Notes under the pieces: generated by a model | Told to the model about the DNA's origin: nothing | The model's database searches: none | Seen by the model: the letters and a program-made list of their open reading frames with translations, nothing else | Program-made: the position numbers and the translations under genes | Part shown: in pieces, positions 19,486 to 28,691 of the stretch | How positions within the stretch are numbered: the first letter of the stretch is position 1 | Layout of the letters: each line of letters begins with the position of its first letter | Assembly (NCBI GenBank): GCA_021325435.1 | Contig: JAJPHE010000010.1 | Span: 8,647-72,646 of the forward strand | Length of the DNA stretch: 64,000 nucleotides | DNA from: Actinomycetota bacterium | GTDB taxonomy: Bacteria > Actinomycetota > Acidimicrobiia > Acidimicrobiales > JAJPHE01 | Direction: 5' to 3'

Positions 19486-20101
19486 GGGCGCCCTCCCACA
19501 GCTTCGACCAGGCGTCGAGGTAGGAAAGGACCGGCACACCGAACGGCTCCTGGCCCCAGGTGCCGATCTGGGCGGCGTAGTGGCTGAGTGACCCGATGGC
19601 GGCCACGGCGAGGGCCCCCGCCTCGGCCGGCGCCACCCCGTGGGCGGTGAGGATGTCGGCGGCCATCCCGTAGCCGTCGTCCCACGCCGCCGCCACCGCC
19701 GGGCGCACCCCGGCGGGTAGCGAGGTGACGTCGAGAGTCACCTGCAGCACCGGCTGCTCGGTGGCGAGGAACTGGGCCAGGGCGCCGACCAGGTCGCGCA
19801 TCTCGGCGGCCAGGGTCCGCGCCGTGCCGCGCTGCCGGCGGGACTCGGCGAGGGCGGCGCGAAGCTCGCGCACCCGGGCGTGGTACTGCTCGACGGCGGC
19901 AAGGAGAAGAGCCTCCTTGGAGGGGAAGTGGCGGTACAGGCCTCCGCTGCCGGGCCGCAGCCCCACAGCTCCTTCGATCTCGGCCACCGACGTGCCGGCG
20001 TAGCCCCTGGCCGCGAACAACCGCATGGCCGCCTGCACCAAACGCTGCCGGGTGTCGGTGCGCCGGCCGTCGACCGCCGGCTCAGTCGTGGTCGAAGGCA
20101 C
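19454..20101 (-). CDS. TetR-family regulator
   Basis: RQRLVQAAMRLFAARGYAGTSVAEIEGAVG...LYRHFPSKEALL. Confidence 0.92.
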   Translation of the reverse strand: MPSTTTEPAVDGRRTDTRQRLVQAAMRLFAARGYAGTSVAEIEGAVGLRPGSGGLYRHFPSKEALLLAAVEQYHARVRELRAALAESRRQRGTARTLAAEMRDLVGALAQFLATEQPVLQVTLDVTSLPAGVRPAVAAAWDDGYGMAADILTAHGVAPAEAGALAVAAIGSLSHYAAQIGTWGQEPFGVPVLSYLDAWSKLWEGALRPPSGRRSR

Positions 20102-21035
20102 CGGCCGCCTCCCAGCGACGCATGGCCTCGGGGCGGACGATGCGCAGCGACTCGAACTCGTCGAGCAGCTTCTTCAGCTGGCGCATGAGGGCCCGACGGG
20201 CCGGGGACACCCCCCGGGCCGCCTCGAACTCCTCCTCGGTCATGTAGGGGGCCAGCTGGTTGGTGTAGCGGATGGGCAGGAACGACTGGCGGTCGACCAG
20301 CTGCTGGGCGCCGAACTCGGCGATGTTCTGCACCTCGGTCACCTGGGCGTCGTCGAGCGCCGGCATCCCCTCGTGCAGCCAGCGCCGGGCGTAGGCGATG
20401 TGGCGGGCCTCCTCGCTGGTGTGGGCCTGGCCCATCGACACCAGGATGGGGTGCAGCGGGCGACCGTCGACCCCCTTGGCCAGATCGGGGTCCTTCTTCA
20501 TGGCCTCGTTGAAGTCGTCTCCGACGAACTCGAACAGCAGCACGTTCACCCAGAACGCCTCGGGCAGGCGCACGGCGATGTCCTCGGTGAAGTCGGCGAT
20601 CATCTTGCCCCACCCGTTCTCGCCGGCCGACACCGTCTCGATGTCGTCGTTGATCCTGACCCAGTGGTTGAACATGGCCATGTGCTGGCACTCCTCGGCC
20701 ACCTCGTGGAGCAGGTACCGGTAGCTCGGGTCGTAGGGGTCGATCGTCCACAGCATGGCCAGGATCCCCTGGTTCAGCAGATGCTCGCCGTGGGCCACGT
20801 TGCGCATCAGCTGGGTCATCTCCCAGCGCTCCACGAAGCTGCGTTGCGCCGGGGTCAACCGCTGGTAGAGCTCGCTGTCGGAGAAGACCGACTGGCCCGC
20901 CGGCATGTAGGCCCACTCGTCGGTGAGGGGCACCGACCAGTCGATGACGTCAGTGTCGAACGGGTACCAGCGCCGCTTGGCGCTGGCCGTGTTCAGCCTC
21001 TCGGCCACCTGGGCCGGCACGTCGACGACGACCAT
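20082..21035 (-). CDS. AurF-like (ferritin-like) diiron oxygenase
   Basis: E...HEVAEECQH and FEFVGD...HTSEEARH carboxylate/His ligand pattern; N-terminal DVIDWSVP. Confidence 0.85.
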   Translation of the reverse strand: MVVVDVPAQVAERLNTASAKRRWYPFDTDVIDWSVPLTDEWAYMPAGQSVFSDSELYQRLTPAQRSFVERWEMTQLMRNVAHGEHLLNQGILAMLWTIDPYDPSYRYLLHEVAEECQHMAMFNHWVRINDDIETVSAGENGWGKMIADFTEDIAVRLPEAFWVNVLLFEFVGDDFNEAMKKDPDLAKGVDGRPLHPILVSMGQAHTSEEARHIAYARRWLHEGMPALDDAQVTEVQNIAEFGAQQLVDRQSFLPIRYTNQLAPYMTEEEFEAARGVSPARRALMRQLKKLLDEFESLRIVRPEAMRRWEAAGAFDHD

Positions 21036-21059
21036 GGAGCGCCTCCCGCAGAAGATCAG

Positions 21060-21073
21060 TAAGTGCGTACTTA
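21060..21073. promoter_or_regulatory. Candidate TetR operator
   Basis: TAAGT-GCGT-ACTTA inverted repeat about 25 nt upstream of the aurF-like/tetR operon. Confidence 0.5.
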
Positions 21074-21125
21074 TCTAATCCCAGCAGGGGCCGTCCGGCA
21101 AGCATTCGGAGAGGGCGGCGGGGGT

Positions 21126-21404
21126 TCAGGCGGCCGAGGCCACCCCCGCCCGGCGGCCCACGGCGCGACGGCCCAGCCGGTGACGCCGGGGGCCGGTAGG
21201 CCGCGCCTCGGCCGGCGGGCGGTGCCACAGCCAGCGCCGCCCGGCCCGGTGGTTCAGGGCCGCCACCTGGATGGGCGGCTGCTCGGCGGCCGGGACCGGC
21301 CCGGCCCGCAACGCCGACAGCAGGGCCTCGGTGGCCACAGCCGAGCCCAGCCAGGAGGCCACGTCGGGCGGCAGCGGACGGCGGAGGGTGAGGTTCTCTG
21401 ACAC
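21126..21404 (-). CDS. Possible small hypothetical protein
   Basis: 92-codon ORF divergent from the TetR gene; no recognisable motif. Confidence 0.35.
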   Translation of the reverse strand: MSENLTLRRPLPPDVASWLGSAVATEALLSALRAGPVPAAEQPPIQVAALNHRAGRRWLWHRPPAEARPTGPRRHRLGRRAVGRRAGVASAA

Positions 21405-21417
21405 TGGTGTAGAGAAT

Positions 21418-21431
21418 ATACAGTGTTGTAT
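21418..21431. promoter_or_regulatory. Candidate TetR operator in an AT-rich divergent promoter
   Basis: ATACA-GTGT-TGTAT within an unusually AT-rich stretch (about 21400-21460). Confidence 0.45.
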
Positions 21432-21467
21432 CTTCTAGTCAAGAGTGTTAACTGTCACACTGGCCGG

Positions 21468-22079
21468 GTGGCCGTCGAGAAGCTGACCCCGGAGCGGCGC
21501 CGCCAGCGGACCCGCGACACGCTCCTCGACGCCGCCGAGGAGGTGTTCGTCCGCCGGGGCGTGCCCGGCGCCTCCATGGAGGAGATCGCGGCCGAGGCCG
21601 GGTTCAGCCGGGGGGCCATCTACGCCCACTTCGGGTCCAAGGACGACCTGCTCCTGGCGGTGATGGACCGGTTCATACGCCGCCAGCTGGAGCAGTACCT
21701 GCAGCTGGCCCGGCCCGACGACCCGGTGGGAACCGCCATCGACGCGGCGGAGCTGGTGCGCAAGACCGTGTCGCGGGACCTGGTGCCGCTGGAGCTGGAG
21801 CTGCGCATGAACGCCCTGCGTCATCCCGAGCTGCGCCAGCGCCTGGTCGAGGCGGACCGCCGGGTGAGCGACGAGCAGGCCCGGCTGATCGAGCGGATGC
21901 TCGGCGGCCCCGAGCGGCTGCGCATCCCGGCCCAGGACCTGGCCGATCTGGGGCGGGCGGCGGTCAACGGGCTGCTGCAGTGGGCCGCCGTCGACGAGGA
22001 GCGCCGCGACCGCTACGAGCGGCTCATCCAGACCATGTTCCTGCTGCTGACCGAGGCGGTGACCCGCCCGGTCGAGTGA
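21468..22079 (+). CDS. TetR-family regulator
   Basis: GTG at 21468; TRDTLLDAAEEVF..RG...SMEEIAAEAGFSRGAIYAHFGSKDDL. Confidence 0.93.
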   Translation: MAVEKLTPERRRQRTRDTLLDAAEEVFVRRGVPGASMEEIAAEAGFSRGAIYAHFGSKDDLLLAVMDRFIRRQLEQYLQLARPDDPVGTAIDAAELVRKTVSRDLVPLELELRMNALRHPELRQRLVEADRRVSDEQARLIERMLGGPERLRIPAQDLADLGRAAVNGLLQWAAVDEERRDRYERLIQTMFLLLTEAVTRPVE

Positions 22080-22094
22080 GCGCCGGGCCGACCC

Positions 22095-22613
22095 CTACCG
22101 GGCCCAGATGTCGTTGCAGCGCTCGCAGACTTCCTCGGGGATGACGCCCGCCCGCATGAGCAGGGCGAAGACCTTGCAGCCGAGGCAGTAGCCGAACACC
22201 GACTCGAGGGTGGCGGCCGCCACCAACAGGCCGAGGACGACGTAGGCGGCGCCCCGCAGCCCGAAGCCGAGGGCGAGGACAGCCGCGGTCAACGAGAAGG
22301 TCAGCCCGATGGCCTGGGCGAAGCGCTTGGGCGGCCCCGGCACCGGTCGAGCCTCGACGGGGAGCCGGGGGGTCACCACCCGGGTCACCAGCTGGCCCAA
22401 CGGGCTGAGGCTGGGGCCGGTCAGCACCCGGGCGAAGAACCCGTAGGCGAGGGGGATGGTCAACCACGGCTGGTCGAACACGATGGTGGCCAGGGCGATC
22501 AGCACCACCCCTCCGGCGACCAGCCGGGCCGACACCTCGTTGACCGGGTCGGGAAACGAGAACAGCGAGCCAGTGGCCGAGGGTCGGTCGAGCTGCTGGG
22601 CGGTGGCGCTCAT
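22095..22613 (-). CDS. DUF4395-like membrane protein
   Basis: ATG 9 nt after AAGGAG; FSFPDPVNEVSAR, SLSPL, GPPKRFAQAIG and FGYCLGC. Confidence 0.8.
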   Translation of the reverse strand: MSATAQQLDRPSATGSLFSFPDPVNEVSARLVAGGVVLIALATIVFDQPWLTIPLAYGFFARVLTGPSLSPLGQLVTRVVTPRLPVEARPVPGPPKRFAQAIGLTFSLTAAVLALGFGLRGAAYVVLGLLVAAATLESVFGYCLGCKVFALLMRAGVIPEEVCERCNDIWAR

Positions 22614-22632
22614 CACATCCATCTCCTTGAGC

Positions 22633-23337
22633 TCACGGCTGAGCTCGGTACGTGCCGGTGAGATGCCAGACACCGGTGAAGTTGTTGAACGGGCCGCCTA
22701 CGATCCGGCTGGACCAGTCGAGGACGAACCGATGATTCCTCTGGTCGAACGTGCCCACGGGTGCCGACGCCGGCCCGGGCCGAACCGGACCCGGCTTCGG
22801 AGCGCCCTGATTGAGCTCCTCGCCGTTCCAGCTGACCGAGAAGGCCTGCAGCTGGCCGGCGAGCGCCGTTCCTCTCACACTCAGCGCCGGCGGGGGCGTG
22901 CTGATTCCCGTGCGCGGATCTCGTGGGCTGGTGAAGGCGGCGAGGCCCACCCCGAACCACAGCACCGGCTGGATGATGGCGCCGCCCAGACCGTTGGCGG
23001 CCCCGTCGAAGGCCGGCAGCGGCGCCGGTTGGTAGCGGCCCAGCCGCAGCCCCTGGGTGCCGGGCGCCACCGGCGTCCACGTCTTGTTGGCACAGCTCGA
23101 GTCGGCGTTGACGACGTAGGGGCCGCTGGCCAGGGTGCCGCCCGGCTGGAGCATCCTGAACCAGGAGCCGGACACGTTCCCGTAGCGGTCGCAGGATCCG
23201 GCCTGGATCCGGAGCACTCCCCTCAGCGGCCCGGCGATCGGCGCCGGTGGCCGCGGTGGGGGTGGCCCCCCGCAGGCCGACCACCAGGTCCCGGCGACGA
23301 GGACGGCGATGCCGCCGACCAGCCGCCGTCGAGTCAC
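22633..23337 (-). CDS. Putative lipoprotein of unknown function
   Basis: Lipobox-like WSAC; Cys pair; FSVSWN...NQGAPKP...LDWSSRIVGGPFNNFTGVWHL. Confidence 0.72.
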   Translation of the reverse strand: MTRRRLVGGIAVLVAGTWWSACGGPPPPRPPAPIAGPLRGVLRIQAGSCDRYGNVSGSWFRMLQPGGTLASGPYVVNADSSCANKTWTPVAPGTQGLRLGRYQPAPLPAFDGAANGLGGAIIQPVLWFGVGLAAFTSPRDPRTGISTPPPALSVRGTALAGQLQAFSVSWNGEELNQGAPKPGPVRPGPASAPVGTFDQRNHRFVLDWSSRIVGGPFNNFTGVWHLTGTYRAQP

Positions 23338-23370
23338 CCTCCGACCTTGCCACGGGCCCCCACGATAGGA

Positions 23371-23393
23371 AACCCGACCTGTTTGGTCAACTT
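23371..23393. promoter_or_regulatory. Rrf2/IscR-like inverted repeat
   Basis: Minus strand AAGTTGACC-AAACA-GGTCGGGTT, overlapping a TTGACC -35-like hexamer upstream of the lipoprotein/DUF4395 genes. Confidence 0.4.
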
Positions 23394-23458
23394 TTACGCC
23401 GACCCTCCCCCCGGCGCCGGCACGGGCACCGGGTCAGCGTGGTGGGCGAGCGGCCGTT

Positions 23459-24076
23459 CTAGGTAGCCGGGGCCCCGCTCAACAACCGGACGGCGAAGTC
23501 GGCGTAGGTCTCGGCCACGTCCTCGATGTCGTAGGCCCGCTGGTCCCACCACTCGGCCACGCGGATGCCCATCGAGCCGATGGCGGCGTAGCCCAGCCAC
23601 GGGTCCGAGACGTGGAACACCCCCCGGCTCATGCCCCGGTTGATCACGTCGAGGATGAGCTGCTCCGAGTTGCTGCGGATGGTCAGCACCCGGTCGCGGT
23701 TGGCCTCGGACAGGGCCGGCAGCTCGCGGTTGCAGACCCGGGCCAGCAGCGGATAGGTGGCGTGCAGCCGGACGTGGGCGGCCACGACGTGGCGGATCTG
23801 GCTGAACGGATCGGCTCCGGCGTCGAGCAGGGCGTGGCGGAGCATCTCGTAGTGCTCCTCGTGCCCGATGTACATGAGCTGAAAGAGCAGCTCCTCCTTG
23901 GACTCCAGATGGGCGTAGATCGAGCTGGCCCGGATGCCGGCGGCCTCGGCGATCTCGCGCACGGACACCCCGTGGAAGCCCCGCTCGCCGAAGCGGAGGA
24001 GGGCCTCCTCCAGCAGCCGGCGGTGGGTGCCGTCCGCCGTGGACCGCGCCGGCAGCAAGGCGATGACTGTGGCCAA
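23459..24076 (-). CDS. TetR-family regulator (KstR2-like C-terminal domain)
   Basis: TTG start re-picked after GGGAG; LLEEALLRFGERGFHGVSVREIAEAAG...IYAHLESKEELL. Confidence 0.9.
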   Translation of the reverse strand: MATVIALLPARSTADGTHRRLLEEALLRFGERGFHGVSVREIAEAAGIRASSIYAHLESKEELLFQLMYIGHEEHYEMLRHALLDAGADPFSQIRHVVAAHVRLHATYPLLARVCNRELPALSEANRDRVLTIRSNSEQLILDVINRGMSRGVFHVSDPWLGYAAIGSMGIRVAEWWDQRAYDIEDVAETYADFAVRLLSGAPAT

Positions 24077-24232
24077 CCTGTCTCCCCAGTTGGTGACCGT
24101 ACGCCCGTTAGTCTGACCAAGCACCGAGAGGCGGGTCAACCGGGCGTCCCGGGGGCCGATAAGCGCCCGCCGGCTGAGGCTTTCGGAGCTCTTGACAGCA
24201 TCGGCGCCGGCAGTACATCCTCTGGCGTCGGA

Positions 24233-24250
24233 AACGAACGACCGTTAGGT
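24233..24250. promoter_or_regulatory. Candidate TetR operator
   Basis: AACGAACG-AC-CGTTAGGT imperfect palindrome; a second ACGNCCGTTAG copy lies within 24096-24112 next to the tetR start. Confidence 0.45.
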
Positions 24251-24273
24251 CGTCGGCGGCTGGGGAGCTGGGG

Positions 24274-25128
24274 TTGGACTTCTACGAGGTGCCCGTAGCG
24301 GGCGGCGTCCTGCGGGTCGCCCGGTGGGGCGACGGTCCCGTGGTGCTCGGCATCCACGGCATCACCGCGTCGTCGATGTCGTTGGCGCCGGTGGCCCGCC
24401 ACCTGCCGGAGCACCGGCTGTTGGCCCCCGATCTGCGAGGGCGGGGAGCGAGCAACGCCCTGCCCGGGCCGTTCGGCATGGCCGCCCACGCCGCGGACTG
24501 CGCGGCGGTGATCGAGCACGCCGGCGGAGGGCCGGCGGTGGTCATAGGTGAGTCGATGGGCGGGTTCGTGGCCGCGGTGCTGGCCGCTACCCGACCCGAG
24601 CTGGTGGAGCGGGTCATCCTCGTCGACGGCGGGCTCGTCCCCCACGTGGCCCCCCAGGTGGACGACGTCGACGCCACCATGGAGGCGGTCCTGGGACCGG
24701 CCATCGCCCGGCTCTCCCAAATCTTCCCCAGCCAGGAGCCCTACCTCGACTTCTGGCGGGCCCACCCGGCCGTGTCGGAGGAGTGGAACGACGACGTCGA
24801 GGCCTACCTCGCCTACGACCTCGAACCGGCCGACGGTGGCTTCCGGTCGCGGGTGTCAGCAGCCGCGGTGCGGGCCGACTCCGAGGACACCCTCGTTCGC
24901 ACCTCCTCCATCGCCGACGCCCTCGAGCGGCTGAGCTGCCCGGTCCACCTCCTGCGGGCGCCCCGCAACCTGCTCAACCAGCCGACCCCGCTGATCTCCG
25001 ACGACCTGGTCGAGGAGTGGAGGGCCGTCCTCACCAGCGAGGAGATGGTGGCCGACACCAACCACTACACGATCGTCCTGGGCGAGAGGGGCGCCAAGAC
25101 GATCGCCGAGCGGGTGGTGTCGGGATGA
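24274..25128 (+). CDS. Alpha/beta hydrolase (lipase/esterase)
   Basis: HGIT, APDLRGRG, GESMGG nucleophile elbow and NHY His. Confidence 0.9.
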   Translation: MDFYEVPVAGGVLRVARWGDGPVVLGIHGITASSMSLAPVARHLPEHRLLAPDLRGRGASNALPGPFGMAAHAADCAAVIEHAGGGPAVVIGESMGGFVAAVLAATRPELVERVILVDGGLVPHVAPQVDDVDATMEAVLGPAIARLSQIFPSQEPYLDFWRAHPAVSEEWNDDVEAYLAYDLEPADGGFRSRVSAAAVRADSEDTLVRTSSIADALERLSCPVHLLRAPRNLLNQPTPLISDDLVEEWRAVLTSEEMVADTNHYTIVLGERGAKTIAERVVSG

Positions 25129-26324
25129 GGCGGCTGGCCTCGGTCCTGGCCGGGCTGGCCGCCGTCGCCGGCGGGGTGGCGACCTCCCCGGCGCTGGCCG
25201 GTTCCCAGCCGACGGCGCCGTGCGCCGAGCCGGCGCCGGCCCAGACCGGCCCTGCTCCGGCCAGCGCCGCCACCCCGGACGACCCGGGCCAGCTGACCGA
25301 GTACTGCTACTCGGCGGCGGGCCTGCCCCCGCGCGACTACTTCGTGTACGTGCCCAACCTGCCCGAGCCGACCGACGGTTGGCCGATCCTCGTGTTCCTG
25401 CACGGCTGCGAGCAGAACAGCCGCGACGTCGCCCTCGGCACCCGCTTCGACAACCTGGCCGACCACCCCCGGGCCGGAATGTCGCCCTTCGTCGTCGTCT
25501 ACCCCCAGCAGACGGTCGCCCAGAACAGCTCGGCTCCGTTGGCCGACGGCAACGGGGCCGCCTGCTGGAACTGGTTCCTTCCCGAGGACCAGCACGCCGG
25601 CAGCGGCGAGCCGGCGACGATCGCCGGCATCACCAACCTGGTGCGCAAGCTCGAGGACGGCGACCGCCGACGGGTCTACGTCGACGGGATATCGGCCGGC
25701 GCCGACATGTCCGTCATCCTCGGCGCCACCTACCCGAACGTCTACGCCGCCATCGGCGCGGTGGCCGGTTGCGCCTACGCCACCTGCGCCGACGAGACCG
25801 GCCAGCTGGCCTACCAGGAGATGCAGCACGCACCAGGGGGAGCGCGGGTGGTGCCGGCGTTCGTCGAGCAGGGCACGGGCGACACCCTCAACGCCTTCCC
25901 GCTGGGCCAGGGCCTGGTGCAGGGATGGCTGGGCACCGACGACCTGGCCGACGACGGGCAGATGAACGGCTCGGTGAGCCACACGCCGACGTCCATCCAG
26001 AACTTCGACTTCAGCCAGACACCCCAGCCCGGCACCGGCAACATCTGCGAGCCGAAGAACTCGACGTTCCCCTGCCCCGGGGGCGCCGTCGGCTTCCAGG
26101 GCAGCTACCCGTACACGGTGGAGCACTTCGGGTCGACCACGGTGTGCCCGACCCAGGACGTCCTGCAGTTCTGGGTCGTGCACGGGCTCGAGCACGCCTA
26201 TCCCGACGGGGACTACCGCGCCACCTTCACCGATCCGCTGGGCCCGGACATCACCACCGCGGCCTGGACCTTCTTCAGCCAACACCCGATGGACACCTGC
26301 AAGACAGGCGGAGGTCACTCATGA
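25125..26324 (+). CDS. Secreted PHB-depolymerase-family esterase (PhaZ/LpqC-like)
   Basis: ATGA overlap, signal peptide, LHGCEQ, CWNWF, GISAG, GTGD and EHAYP. Confidence 0.88.
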   Translation: MRRLASVLAGLAAVAGGVATSPALAGSQPTAPCAEPAPAQTGPAPASAATPDDPGQLTEYCYSAAGLPPRDYFVYVPNLPEPTDGWPILVFLHGCEQNSRDVALGTRFDNLADHPRAGMSPFVVVYPQQTVAQNSSAPLADGNGAACWNWFLPEDQHAGSGEPATIAGITNLVRKLEDGDRRRVYVDGISAGADMSVILGATYPNVYAAIGAVAGCAYATCADETGQLAYQEMQHAPGGARVVPAFVEQGTGDTLNAFPLGQGLVQGWLGTDDLADDGQMNGSVSHTPTSIQNFDFSQTPQPGTGNICEPKNSTFPCPGGAVGFQGSYPYTVEHFGSTTVCPTQDVLQFWVVHGLEHAYPDGDYRATFTDPLGPDITTAAWTFFSQHPMDTCKTGGGHS

Positions 26325-27793
26325 GCAAGCACAAGCTGCTGGCGGCGCTGACGGCGCTGGCCCTCGGGCTGGCCGCCTGCGGCAGCAACGGGGCCAAGAC
26401 CAGCGTGAAGCAGGGCTATCCGGGGCAGGGCTCGCCCGGCCAGGCCGGCGCCACGACCAGCACGACCGGGGCCGCCCCGGGGGTCCAGTCAGCGTCGGGC
26501 AACGGCAACACGCTGAGCGCCACCAGCAATGGCAGCGGCTCGTCGGGTGGCGGCGTGTACGCCGGCAACGGCAACACCTCCGGAGGACCGCCGGCGTCGA
26601 TCGGCACCCCGTCGGGCTTCCGCTACACGCCGGCGAGCCTGTTCTCCGGCCCGGCCAACACCCAGGGCATCACCAGCTCGACGATCACGTTGTGCATGCA
26701 CGCCGCCACCGTCTTCGGCAACGTGTTCAACGAGCGCCCCCAGGACATCGGGGTCTACTGGAACTGGTTGAACGCCAACGGCGGGGTCATCGGCCGCAAG
26801 GTCAACCTCACCATCGAGGACGACGCCTACACGCCCCAGGGCGCCCAGCAGGCGGCCCAGCAGTGCGAGGCCCTCAACCCGTTCTTCGTGATCGGCGGCA
26901 TCGGCTTCGACCAGGACCCGGTGGTCCGCCAGATCGCCGAGCAGGACCACTTCATCTACATCTACACCATGGCCGACCAGGGGACCGGCAAGTACAACTA
27001 CAGCTTCACCGGCTCCCCCACCATCCAGCAGGACGGGACCTGGAACGCCCAGGCGCTGATCGACAACCACTACCCCGGCCCCTACGGCGCCGTGTACGTG
27101 AACGACGCCGCCTGGCTGGGCGGGTGGACCACGTTCAAGTCGTACATGGACGCCCACGGCGGGTCGTCGGTCGACAAGAACGCCTACACCACCAACAGCG
27201 GCGGTGACACCAGTGGCTTCCAGGCCTACATCACCCAGCTGAAGCTGGCCGGGGTCAAGACCGTCTACCTCTGGATGAACGCCCTGGCCGCCGACGCCTT
27301 CGTGGAGCAGGCCGCCAACCAGGGCTACTACCCCGCCTACGTCACCCCCGACGGGTTCAACCTGGTGACCCAGACCGTCGGCCAGAACATCGACGACAAG
27401 AGCCCGGCCATCAAGCCGGCCATGGGCGTGTGGATCACCCCCGCCTTCGATCCCAACAACCACAACGTCGCCTGGTGGCCGCAGGAGAAGGCCATGCTCG
27501 ACGCCTACGCCCAGTACGACTCGGGTCACACCCCCGACGACATCGACTGGATGGCGTGGCTGGCCTTCCAGCAGATCACCGACCTGCTCAACACGTGCGG
27601 CACCACCTGCAACAAGAACGACATCGCCGGCATCTTCCACTCCGGATGGCAGGACACCCGCTACCCGCTGTGCCCGGTGGACTTCCGCAACAACCCGAAC
27701 TTCGGTGGCGTGTCGGCCAACCTGTTCGTCGCCACCCGCGAGGGGAACCAGACGGTTTGGCGCCAGCCGGTGAGCTGCGCGTCGAAGTTCTAA
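26321..27793 (+). CDS. ABC transporter substrate-binding lipoprotein (LivK/HAAT-like)
   Basis: Lipobox LAAC, NANGGVIGRKVNL.IEDDAY and a long Gly/Ser N-terminal linker. Confidence 0.88.
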   Translation: MSKHKLLAALTALALGLAACGSNGAKTSVKQGYPGQGSPGQAGATTSTTGAAPGVQSASGNGNTLSATSNGSGSSGGGVYAGNGNTSGGPPASIGTPSGFRYTPASLFSGPANTQGITSSTITLCMHAATVFGNVFNERPQDIGVYWNWLNANGGVIGRKVNLTIEDDAYTPQGAQQAAQQCEALNPFFVIGGIGFDQDPVVRQIAEQDHFIYIYTMADQGTGKYNYSFTGSPTIQQDGTWNAQALIDNHYPGPYGAVYVNDAAWLGGWTTFKSYMDAHGGSSVDKNAYTTNSGGDTSGFQAYITQLKLAGVKTVYLWMNALAADAFVEQAANQGYYPAYVTPDGFNLVTQTVGQNIDDKSPAIKPAMGVWITPAFDPNNHNVAWWPQEKAMLDAYAQYDSGHTPDDIDWMAWLAFQQITDLLNTCGTTCNKNDIAGIFHSGWQDTRYPLCPVDFRNNPNFGGVSANLFVATREGNQTVWRQPVSCASKF

Positions 27794-27797
27794 GCGC

Positions 27798-28691
27798 ATG
27801 CACTTCCCCATTCTCGAGGTGACCGTCCTGGGGCTGGCCAACGGCGCCATCTACGCCCTGACCGCCCTGGGGCTGTCCCTCGTCTACAAGGCCACCCGGG
27901 TGGTCAACTTCGCCCAGGGCGAGATCGGCACCCTGGCCGCCTTCGTGGCCTGGGAGGTCGTGGTCAAGGCCCACCAGAGCTGGGCCGAGGGCGCCCTGGC
28001 CGCGGTGGCGGTGGCGGCGGCGGTGGGATGGCTGATGCACCGGTTCGTGGCCACCCCCATGCGCAACGCCTCGCGGGTGTCGGTGATGATCGCCACCCTG
28101 GGGGTCGCCTTCCTGCTCTTCGGCGTCGAAGCCAAGCTGTTCGGGCCCAGCCCGGAGATCCTGCCCCCGCCTCTCGCCCGCTCCAGCTTCACCGGCGTCA
28201 CCGTCGGCGGATACCTGCTGACTCCCGTCTACCTGTTCGCCCTGGCCGCGGCGGCGGTGGCCGCCGCCGTGTTCGCCACCGTGCTGCGCCGCACCCGGTT
28301 CGGCCTGGGCGTGCTGGCCAGCGCCCAGGACCCCGAGACGGCCCGGCTGCTCGGCGTCCCCGCCGCCCGGGTGTCGGCCTTCACGTGGATCGCCGCCGCC
28401 GTGCTGGGGGCGGTGGCCGGCCTGCTCACCGCCCCGACCCAGGGCGTCTTCTATCCGTTCTTCATGTCCGGCACCCTGTTCTTCCGGGGCCTGGTGGCCG
28501 CCCTCATCGGCGGGCTCGGCAGCCTGTCGGGGGCGGTCGTCGGCGGCCTCGTCGTCGGGGTGGTGGAGGCCTACTCCATCGAGCAGTTCATCCATTCCCC
28601 CGGGCTGCCGGAGGTGGTGCTCCTCGTCCTCGTGCTCGCCGTGTTGCTGCTGCGGCCCCAGGGGCTGGTGGCGCGAAGGGCGCTGGCATGA
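27798..28691 (+). CDS. HAAT ABC permease (LivH-like)
   Basis: GLANGAIYAL.ALGLSLVY..TRVVNFAQG, TRFG and ALIGGLGS. Confidence 0.92.
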   Translation: MHFPILEVTVLGLANGAIYALTALGLSLVYKATRVVNFAQGEIGTLAAFVAWEVVVKAHQSWAEGALAAVAVAAAVGWLMHRFVATPMRNASRVSVMIATLGVAFLLFGVEAKLFGPSPEILPPPLARSSFTGVTVGGYLLTPVYLFALAAAAVAAAVFATVLRRTRFGLGVLASAQDPETARLLGVPAARVSAFTWIAAAVLGAVAGLLTAPTQGVFYPFFMSGTLFFRGLVAALIGGLGSLSGAVVGGLVVGVVEAYSIEQFIHSPGLPEVVLLVLVLAVLLLRPQGLVARRALA

